Positions 52,812 to 60,327 of a DNA stretch of 60,327 bases are shown piece by piece (the first letter of the stretch is position 1; every line of letters starts with the position of its first letter). Source of the DNA: Fluviicoccus sp. Its GTDB lineage: Bacteria > Pseudomonadota > Gammaproteobacteria > Pseudomonadales > Moraxellaceae. The stretch spans positions 1 through 60,327 of the forward strand of contig DASUIM010000508.1 in the NCBI GenBank assembly GCA_036279775.1, given 5' to 3'. The position numbers and the translations under genes are program-made. A model generated the notes under the pieces. That model saw nothing but the letters and a program-made list of their open reading frames with translations. It was not told the DNA's origin and did not search any database.

Positions 52812-52955
52812 ATGAGAGACATTGAACTCGCCAAGCACTTCCCCGAAAACATCTCCGACGCCAAGCGCAACAGGATGGCAAGGCTAGGCGCCCTGTACAT
52901 CCTGTTTGCCATGTTTGGCGTGCCGCTATTCGTCGTCCTCCTCGCCCGCCTGTAG
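52812..52955 (+). CDS. 47-aa peptide with C-terminal TM helix
   Basis: RBS GAGGT; MRDIELAKHFPENISDAKRNRMARLGALYILFAMFGVPLFVVLLARL; overlaps the darB 3' end by 30 nt. Confidence 0.6.
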   Translation: MRDIELAKHFPENISDAKRNRMARLGALYILFAMFGVPLFVVLLARL

Positions 52956-55900
52956 CCCGAACACCCCGCGCAGCTCCTCGGCCGCCTGCCGGCCTTGCTT
53001 ACGCTCGCGGCCCCATGTGCCTTTCACGCCATCGCGCTCGCGCATCATCTTGTTGCGCAGCGCCCGTGTGCCGATCTTGATGACTTCCTCCGGTGCTGCA
53101 GTGTCGTTGTGCTCGTTGATGTCGGCGTAGATGTCGTCGATCTCCTGCTCGATCTCCGGCGCCTCCTCCGGGCTGGCAGTTTCCAGCCGCACCATGGCTT
53201 TCGCCAGCTTGTTGGTGTAGCTGCGCTTCAGGCCATCCACGGCGGTTTCCTGCCGGCGTTGGGCATACTCGTAGTCGCGCACGTCGGTGACGATAGACGG
53301 CTGGAAGCCAATCGCCTTCATCGCAAGGTCACCGTTGCCAAGCTCGTCCGGAGCCAGGATCAGGTTACCCTGCTTGTCGCGCACGCCCTCGAGCGCCCAG
53401 CTCCCCGACACCAGCCAGTGCTTGATGAAGTTCGGGGACAGCTCGCCCAGCGCGCCCAGCTCGTCGCCGGCAGACATCTTCTCGAAGGCCCGCTTCGGGC
53501 GGCCGATCAGCATGTCGAACGGGATGCCGGCGGCAGCAAGCGGCGAATCCGGCACGATGGAGCCCATGCCCACCCGGGTCAGGTCCACACCGAGCGGGTA
53601 GCTCGCGCCCTTGGTCACCATCTGGGACAGCGCATTGCTGCCGGAGGTTCGGGCGATCCACGCGCGCAGCTCGGTCTTCAGGTCCATGTCTTTGCCGGTG
53701 ATCGTCTTGTATATGCTCTCCAGCAGCTCGCGCAGGTCGTCGGCGCCAGGCAGTCCCCACAGTCCGGATAGGGAATACAGCGCCAGCAGGGAGGCCGCAG
53801 CAGCGTACTTGCCTTCTTTGCCGTGCAGGGCGGCCATGCGATACCACGCTTCCATGGTCTGCAGCATGAAGCCCTTGAACTGCATGATCGTCGAGCCAAC
53901 ACCGCGCATCACGCTCGGACGGTTGGCCTTGCCCATGCGGTACTGCGACTCGTCCACCGCCCATTCCGCGAAGCTCTTCGGGTTCCAGTTGCGCAGCACT
54001 TCGGCACGGGCCAGCGCATCGCCGGCCAGCACCCGATTGGCGTTCTCCTGGACGGCGCGCTTCTGAGCCACGCGCGCTGCCGCGATGAAGGTAACAAGCC
54101 GGTTCATACGCTCGGCGAAGGTGAAGCCCAGCGCGATGATCTGCGTTGCCTTGTTGAAGGCTTTCACCCCCTTACGGGCGCCGACGTTGCGCTGCCGCGC
54201 GGTCATCATCAGGTCGAAGGACTCGAGCGGCACGAAGGAACCTTCCGCCCAAGCCTCTTTCAGGATGTCGCGCACGTCGGCCGGTGCCTTGTTCGGGTCG
54301 AACATCTCGAGGGTGGGCGAGATCATGCGGGCGGCGTCCTTGTAGGCGCGGCCAATCTCCTTGGTCAGCAGCGGCATCGGTGCAACCTGGCCCAGCGTCG
54401 GCAGGGTCATCAGTGGAACCTGCGTCAGGTTGGCGAAAGCCGAGGCCAGCACACCCGCGATGTAGCTGAAGAAGCCGATTTGCTTGACCATCGCCAGCTC
54501 TTCCTGCGGGTCGTTCACGTAGTTGCGGTACTTGCTGGCGTACTCGAACAGCTTCGGCTTCTCGTTGATCCCGCTGACGGCGTTTTCCCACCGCTTCATG
54601 TGCTGGCGACGGGACAGGTAGCCGGACATCCCGATCACGTAGTCGGCGATGGACCGCTCGAAGTCGCCGGTATAGCCAGGCACGTTGTCGGAGTGGAAGA
54701 AGTGCCGGCGGAAGCCCTTCGCCTTGATGGCGTCGGCCAGCTTGTCGCGGACAGCATCCCATGTGCCGTTGTCGATGTTCGCCACCTCGGCCAGCGCGTC
54801 CACGTCGGACAGCTTCACGGGCTGGTCTGTCTTCTTCTCGCGGGTCTTGAAGGCCACGATCCGGCGGTTCGGGTGGCCCTCCACCCATTCCGCGCGGGCC
54901 TTGTCGATGGCCTCCTTCACGGCCTTGATGTCGTCCACCTTGCCGGCGCGGCGCTCGTCCAGGATGTCACCCAGCCCGGTTTCCACCTTGGTCGAATAGA
55001 TGGTCTTCTCGGTCAGCCGCTCAACGTCCTGTTTCTGGGACTTCTTGATGCGCCAGCCCTCGGCGTTGCGCTCTGCGCCCATCTCCACCAGCTCGGGGGC
55101 GAAGGAATCCGGCAGGCCCTTGGCGATGTAGTGATCCTTGTCGTCCTCCACGAAGGACACGTCGGCAACCTTCTCCTTCACGGTCACCACGTAGTCACCG
55201 TAGCGGGCGAACGGCACGTAGCCGGCGCGCTTGGCCTGCTCGATCTCGGACACGAAGGCGGCAATGTTCTTGATGCGCTCGGCCTTCTCCGGCGGGGTCT
55301 TATCGTCGATGGTAGCGATGATCTTCTTGGCGGCATTCCCCTCCCCGGCGAACTCGCCGAAGCCCATCTCCTCGAGGGTCACGTCGCGCATCTTGTCCAG
55401 CGCGCGGTCGAACATCCGGCGCAGGTCCTGGTACGCCTTGATCTCCTGCTCGTTCAGCTTCACCACCTCGCCCACTTCGGTCAGCAGGGCATGGATCGGC
55501 TCCTTGGCGAGGAACGGCTTGCCGGCCACCATCACAACAGTGGTCTTCTCGCCAGTGTTGCCGATGCCGTCAGCCAGTACACGCGGCGTGTAAACGCTCG
55601 AGGTCAGGCGGCCCAGCTCCAGCGCCTTGTTGACCTTCTCCTTACCCTGCTGGTCGAGGTGGTCATATGCCTTCACGTCGGCGCCGAAGTCGGCGATGAA
55701 CTTGTCGCGGGTTTCCATCTGGCTGATGGCCGTCCGGTAAACCGGGGTGAACTCCTTGTGCACGGCGGCCACGGTACGCGGATGCACCAGCAGGCGGGCG
55801 CCAAGCGACATGTCGCCCAGCACGCGGCCGATGTAGTCGTCCTTCACCTTCGGCGCGTCGAGCGCGGCGGCGGCGGCGTCCAGCTCCTTGCTGTCCTCGG

Positions 55901-58900
55901 CCACGCTGAACTTGCCGGTAACACCGGACAGTTGGCCGCGCTCGGCCATCACGGCGGCGTTCATGATGACCAGCTTCGCCATGCCGGCCAGTTGGGCCGG
56001 GGTCACGTCACCCAGCTGCTTGCCGTAGCGTGCCAGCACGTAAGCCTTGATGTGGCCGATGAGGTCTTCCACCCACTTCCGGATCACCGCCGGCAGGCTG
56101 TCGCGGTTCTGCTCCCACTCCTCCACGGCGTAGGCGCCGAACTCTTCCACGGTCATGCCGGTGCTGACGGCGCCCTGCTGGCGGGCTGCGGCCACGCGGT
56201 CACGGGCGCGGTCGAAGAACTCGCGCGCCTTGCCGCTGGAAAGCTCGGCCTGCCGGTACAGGGAGCCGAGGCGGCCCATCAGGTTGCCCCATTCCTTCGA
56301 ACCAACCAGGGCCTCACCGCCCATGTGGAACATTTCGTGCAGCAGCACCGGGCGGGCGTTGTCGCGGGTCAGCCGGTTGGCAACCAGGTGAATCTGCCCG
56401 TTGGCGAGGGTAACGGCCTGCACGCCCTTCTTGCCACGGGCGGCCTTCGGCATGGTTTCGGCGTTCTGGTGCAGCACGATCTGGCCGTTGTCGATCATGC
56501 GGGCCACCACCGGGCCGATAACTCCCGTGGTGATCTCGCTGCGCAGGTCGTCAACATTCAGCTTGCCGGACCGCTGGCGCACCACCTCGGAACGGTTGGC
56601 CGGCTCCGGCTGGGTGGATTGCTTGGCATCGCCGTACTTCTCGTAAGCCGACACCAGCCATGCCTTCGCCTGGCCGTTCCAGTCGAGGCGGATAGTGGCC
56701 TCGTCGGACTCGTTGCCGAGGAACACGCGGCCGATCTGGTTGGACTTCTCGTAAACGTCGGTTTCCTGCAGGATCGCGGCGATGCGGGGCAGGAAGTCCT
56801 CGCCACGGCGGGCGGCGATGTGGGACAGGCCCATCTTGCCATCGCCCCAGATCAGGCTGATCTCGCCCAGCTTCGGGTGGTCGATGATGGCCTCGCCGGT
56901 ACGCTGCTGCTGCAGGTACTGGATGGCGCCGGCCGGGTCGTTGCGGAAGTCTTCGGTCACCGGGCCGAACTCGCCCACCGCCTGCCCTTCGGCATTGACG
57001 GAGTAGCGCGGCTCGGCATCAGCGGCAGCGTCTGCCTGCTCGGTGGTTCCCTCTACCGCCACCGTGGCAGCGGCGGCATCGGCGTTGTTCTCCTTGCTCT
57101 CGGCAGCCAGCTCGGCCTCGAGGCTGTTCAGCTCGGCCACCTTCTCCAGCAGCAATGCCTCTTCAGGGAACGGCGCCCCCAGTCGCTTGCTGGCCTGCTC
57201 TACCTTCGCCTTGGCGCTGTCGATGTAGCCCTGTGCGTCAGCACGCTGCTTGTCCAAGCCGTTGACCTGGTTGGCCGCACGGGTGGCGATGCCGGAAACG
57301 GCGGTATCCGGGTCGAGCGGGAACGTCAGCAGCGGGTCAGGATCGTCCGGCAGGTCCACATGCAGGGAGGCAGCATAGGTGCCGCCCTTCATCTCGAGGC
57401 CATAGAACTTGATCGGGAAGCCGCCGATCTCGCCAACCTCGCGCTCGTCCTGCAGGCCGGTGCCGGCGATGTCCTGGAACTCCTTGAACAGGGCTTGGCT
57501 GAATTCCTCGCGGCTGTCGTAGGTGGTCTTGCCAACCTTGCCCTCGAACTCACCGGCCTTGATCGGCTGGCGCTTGGCAATGGCCTTGTCCAGCTCCTGC
57601 ACGCGGGCGGTGTTGCGCTTGATCTGCTCTTCTGCCCAGTGCTTCTCGCGCATCAGGCGGTTCTGGTCGTCGTAGTGGGCATGGCGCAGGCGCTCGAGGC
57701 GATCCACGTCAGCCTTGAGGCCGGCCAGCTTCATGTAACGCTCGTCGCCGGAAGCCAGCGCGGCGGCCATCTCGAAGGCCGATGCCTCGGACACGTCCTC
57801 CATGGAGCGAACGCTGTCGTCGCCGTTCATGGCCTGCTCGATGAAGCGGGCCTTGCGGGCGTTCATGCCCCACATGGTCGAGTCGTAGCTGCCCTTGGTG
57901 GCGTATGCCTTCAGCACAACCTCGCGGTTCTGGTTGCCCTGACGCACGGCGCGGCCCTCGCGCTGCTCCACGGAGGCCGGGAACCATGGCGCGTCCAGGT
58001 GGAACAGGTGGGAGAGGCGCTTCTGCACGTTGGTGCCGGTTTCCATCTCCTTGCCGCCGATCAGGATGCGCTTCTTGCCCTCGCGCATGTCGGAGAACAT
58101 CCGCTCCTTCTTGGCGTGCTGCTTGTAGTCGCGCATGAAAGCGATGTGCTCGCGCGGGATGCCGGCATCGGTCAAGCGCTTCTCGATCCAGCCTCGCATG
58201 TCGAAGCCACGGGAGGCGGCCGACTGCTCGCCGAGGCCGATGTCGGTAAACACCATCAGGGTGGAACCCTTCAGCGGCTCCACCTTGCCGTCCTTGGCAG
58301 CGTATTCCCAAGTCGCAGTCTCCTTGTAGGCCGCGATCAGGTCGTCGATCATCTGGTTGAGCTTGCTGTCCGGGTCGCTCGGCAGGGTCGGGTCTACGAA
58401 ACGCATGTCGATTGCCGAGAAGCGGCCGTCGCCAATCACGTTCAGGATGATGTCCTCGCCCTTCTTCGGCGGTCCCTTGCGGCGCTTGATCGCCTCAATG
58501 CGCTTCTGCAGGCCCTGCTGGAACTCCTTGTAGCCGGCCGGCGACGGGGTGACTTCCACCTTGCGGCCACCGCCAACCACGTCCGGGCGCTTCACCAGCT
58601 CGCCAAGGTTGGAGCTGGTCAGGATGTCCATAAAGGAACGGACACGGCGCATCAGCTCCGGCACGTTCTGGAACTTGGCGAAGCGGGCCACCATCTCGTA
58701 GCCGCCGGCAGCGTTCTGTTCAAAGCCGGTCACGATGTCGCCGTACTGGTTCGCCCAGGCGTCGAAGCTCTCGAGGCCGTCTTCCTTCATCTGCTCCGGC
58801 TGGAAGAAGCGTTGCGCGGTGTACAGCTCGCCCATGGTGTTGGTCACCGGGGTGCCAGAGGCAGCAACCAGCGCGCGGCCGGGCTTCTTGCCGCGCAGGT

Positions 58901-60327
58901 ACTCCACCTTCATGAACAGGTCGAGCGCGCGCTGCGAGCCGTTCGGGTCTACGCCCTTCACGTTGCCCTGGTTGGTGGCGAAGTCCAGCTTCCGGAACTC
59001 GTGGAACTCGTCCACATACAGCTTATCGACGCCCAGCTCTTCGAAGGTCAGTACCTGATCCTTCTTGTCGCGGTTCTGGCGGCCTTCCATGCGCTGCTCG
59101 AGCTGCTCGATGCGGCGCTCGATCTGCTTCACGGTCACGCGGTCGCTGCTGTCGGCATCCTCGAGCGCAGCCTTCCAGTCGTCGATTTGGCGCTGCATGA
59201 AGTCGGTGTAGAACTCATCGCTCATGCCGATGCGGCCAAAAGCCGAGTGCGTGATGATGATGGCGTCCGGGTTGTTCAGCGCGGCCTGTGCCACAAACCG
59301 CTTGCGGTTGTGGGTGTGGAAGTTCTGCTCGTCGGCAACCATGATGTTGGCCGCCGGGTACAGCTCCAGGAACTCGCGGGAGAACTGGGCAAGCATGTGG
59401 TTCGGCACAACGTACATCGGCTTGTTCACCAGGCCGAGGCGGCGCTCCTCCATGCCGGCGCCGATCATCTCCATGGTCTTGCCGGCGCCTACCGCGTGGG
59501 CGAGGTAGCTGTCGCCCTGCTGGATCACGCGCCATATCGCGCGCTTCTGGTGCGGCCGGAGCTGGATCAGGGCCGACACGCCCGGCAGGGTCAGGTGCGA
59601 GCCATCGAACTTGCGGGGCGCGATGTTGTTGAAGTTCTCGTTGTAGTAGGACACCAGACGCTCGGCGCGCTTGGGGTCGGTCCATAGCCAGGTGCTGAAA
59701 CGCTCGCGCATCTTCTTGGCGATGTCGTTCGCCTTCTCGGTTGCCTCGAGGTCAACGTGGGTCTTGTTCTCCTGGTCGCGGAAGGTGATTTTCAGCTGAC
59801 GATTGTTGAGCACGCCCTCGAGGACCTGGCCGGCGCTCATCTTGTCGAAGCCCCACTCGGTGAGGCTGCGGCTCTTCTGGTCCACATCCCACTTGTTCAG
59901 TAGCGGGCTGTAGGTCACGTCCATGCGCTCGCCCAGCACTTCGCTGGCGAACTTCTCGATGTCGGAGGCCGGAACCCAGTTGGCGCCAAGACGCACGGTG
60001 ATGTCGGTCGGGCCGAGCGGGCGCGGCTGCACGGACAGTAGGGCCTCGACGTTACGCTTGTAGCGCTGGTCCAGCTCGGCGGCGGCGCGGGCTTCCTTCA
60101 GCTTGCGCACCACGTTGCCGGACAGGTACTCATCGGCCAGCTGCCAGCCGGCGCCCGGAGCGTCGTAAATGGCAGTGCCAAGATCGCGGATTACGCTTTC
60201 CGTGTCGGTGCCGGCCAGCGCGGCCACGTCGTCCATCACCAGCTTACCATTCCGGTTCAGCGATACGAACAGAGCGTCTTGGGTAGTCTTGATCTCCGGT
60301 TCGCGCGGAGCCTCGAGCACGCGGCCA
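52926..60327 (-). CDS. darB: 3' part of giant DarB-like protein (SWI2/SNF2 helicase, PBECR-like nuclease, HExxH peptidase, PLxRFG-like domain)
   Basis: AVGAGKT (~59475-59495), DEFH (59001-59012), SGTP, QREGR; ISLIWG..GLSHI...WLVSAY (~56630-56960); HEMFH 56325-56339; YVPFARYG (~55200). Confidence 0.93.
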   Translation of the reverse strand, partial: GRVLEAPREPEIKTTQDALFVSLNRNGKLVMDDVAALAGTDTESVIRDLGTAIYDAPGAGWQLADEYLSGNVVRKLKEARAAAELDQRYKRNVEALLSVQPRPLGPTDITVRLGANWVPASDIEKFASEVLGERMDVTYSPLLNKWDVDQKSRSLTEWGFDKMSAGQVLEGVLNNRQLKITFRDQENKTHVDLEATEKANDIAKKMRERFSTWLWTDPKRAERLVSYYNENFNNIAPRKFDGSHLTLPGVSALIQLRPHQKRAIWRVIQQGDSYLAHAVGAGKTMEMIGAGMEERRLGLVNKPMYVVPNHMLAQFSREFLELYPAANIMVADEQNFHTHNRKRFVAQAALNNPDAIIITHSAFGRIGMSDEFYTDFMQRQIDDWKAALEDADSSDRVTVKQIERRIEQLEQRMEGRQNRDKKDQVLTFEELGVDKLYVDEFHEFRKLDFATNQGNVKGVDPNGSQRALDLFMKVEYLRGKKPGRALVAASGTPVTNTMGELYTAQRFFQPEQMKEDGLESFDAWANQYGDIVTGFEQNAAGGYEMVARFAKFQNVPELMRRVRSFMDILTSSNLGELVKRPDVVGGGRKVEVTPSPAGYKEFQQGLQKRIEAIKRRKGPPKKGEDIILNVIGDGRFSAIDMRFVDPTLPSDPDSKLNQMIDDLIAAYKETATWEYAAKDGKVEPLKGSTLMVFTDIGLGEQSAASRGFDMRGWIEKRLTDAGIPREHIAFMRDYKQHAKKERMFSDMREGKKRILIGGKEMETGTNVQKRLSHLFHLDAPWFPASVEQREGRAVRQGNQNREVVLKAYATKGSYDSTMWGMNARKARFIEQAMNGDDSVRSMEDVSEASAFEMAAALASGDERYMKLAGLKADVDRLERLRHAHYDDQNRLMREKHWAEEQIKRNTARVQELDKAIAKRQPIKAGEFEGKVGKTTYDSREEFSQALFKEFQDIAGTGLQDEREVGEIGGFPIKFYGLEMKGGTYAASLHVDLPDDPDPLLTFPLDPDTAVSGIATRAANQVNGLDKQRADAQGYIDSAKAKVEQASKRLGAPFPEEALLLEKVAELNSLEAELAAESKENNADAAAATVAVEGTTEQADAAADAEPRYSVNAEGQAVGEFGPVTEDFRNDPAGAIQYLQQQRTGEAIIDHPKLGEISLIWGDGKMGLSHIAARRGEDFLPRIAAILQETDVYEKSNQIGRVFLGNESDEATIRLDWNGQAKAWLVSAYEKYGDAKQSTQPEPANRSEVVRQRSGKLNVDDLRSEITTGVIGPVVARMIDNGQIVLHQNAETMPKAARGKKGVQAVTLANGQIHLVANRLTRDNARPVLLHEMFHMGGEALVGSKEWGNLMGRLGSLYRQAELSSGKAREFFDRARDRVAAARQQGAVSTGMTVEEFGAYAVEEWEQNRDSLPAVIRKWVEDLIGHIKAYVLARYGKQLGDVTPAQLAGMAKLVIMNAAVMAERGQLSGVTGKFSVAEDSKELDAAAAALDAPKVKDDYIGRVLGDMSLGARLLVHPRTVAAVHKEFTPVYRTAISQMETRDKFIADFGADVKAYDHLDQQGKEKVNKALELGRLTSSVYTPRVLADGIGNTGEKTTVVMVAGKPFLAKEPIHALLTEVGEVVKLNEQEIKAYQDLRRMFDRALDKMRDVTLEEMGFGEFAGEGNAAKKIIATIDDKTPPEKAERIKNIAAFVSEIEQAKRAGYVPFARYGDYVVTVKEKVADVSFVEDDKDHYIAKGLPDSFAPELVEMGAERNAEGWRIKKSQKQDVERLTEKTIYSTKVETGLGDILDERRAGKVDDIKAVKEAIDKARAEWVEGHPNRRIVAFKTREKKTDQPVKLSDVDALAEVANIDNGTWDAVRDKLADAIKAKGFRRHFFHSDNVPGYTGDFERSIADYVIGMSGYLSRRQHMKRWENAVSGINEKPKLFEYASKYRNYVNDPQEELAMVKQIGFFSYIAGVLASAFANLTQVPLMTLPTLGQVAPMPLLTKEIGRAYKDAARMISPTLEMFDPNKAPADVRDILKEAWAEGSFVPLESFDLMMTARQRNVGARKGVKAFNKATQIIALGFTFAERMNRLVTFIAAARVAQKRAVQENANRVLAGDALARAEVLRNWNPKSFAEWAVDESQYRMGKANRPSVMRGVGSTIMQFKGFMLQTMEAWYRMAALHGKEGKYAAAASLLALYSLSGLWGLPGADDLRELLESIYKTITGKDMDLKTELRAWIARTSGSNALSQMVTKGASYPLGVDLTRVGMGSIVPDSPLAAAGIPFDMLIGRPKRAFEKMSAGDELGALGELSPNFIKHWLVSGSWALEGVRDKQGNLILAPDELGNGDLAMKAIGFQPSIVTDVRDYEYAQRRQETAVDGLKRSYTNKLAKAMVRLETASPEEAPEIEQEIDDIYADINEHNDTAAPEEVIKIGTRALRNKMMRERDGVKGTWGRERKQGRQAAEELRGVFGLQAGEEDDE

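Larger units (their letters stand above)
1..60186. mobile_element. Complete circular temperate podophage genome, Bcep22-like organisation
   Basis: 141-bp terminal overlap with one gene reading in frame across it. Head, tail, lysis, replication, immunity and integration modules are all present, attP is intact, and there is no flanking host DNA. Confidence 0.95.

Noticed and set aside
53823-59687. 1954-aa plus-strand ORF
   Set aside because: Antisense shadow of the darB helicase half.
60187-60327. 141-bp terminal repeat as a biological DTR or packaging end
   Set aside because: It lies mid-gene and equals a common assembler k-mer length, so it only shows circularity.

Overview
This window is a complete circular temperate podophage genome. 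Bases 1-141 repeat exactly at 60187-60327, which is an assembler overlap, so the unique length is 60,186 bp. Gene content and order resemble Burkholderia Bcep22/BcepIL02-type phages. The structural genes include an N4-gp56-type capsid, portal, terminase, paired tail fibres, and CsrA-like, GNAT and PAPS-reductase-like genes. A 4,633-aa polyvalent DarB-like virion protein crosses the window junction. The genome also carries tRNA-Ser, lambdoid-style replication and recombination genes, a cro/cI-like switch, a P4-type integrase with an intact attP (tRNA 3'-end core) and a lysis cassette. The RdgC sequence suggests a Neisseriales/Chromobacteriaceae host (inference). The most unusual signals are: (1) three small genes with their own RBS overprinted in the +1 frame inside the giant gene, one of them TnpV-like and directly ahead of the methyltransferase domain; (2) a promoter-driven array of three structured ncRNA-like domains ending in NCCA; (3) a genome-wide network of tandem 19-bp TGGT-N11-ACCA boxes over early, late and lysis promoters; (4) a c4/CI-like RNA switch before the replication genes and an SD-sequestering hairpin before one tail fibre. 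All family assignments come from motif recognition by eye; no database search was run.
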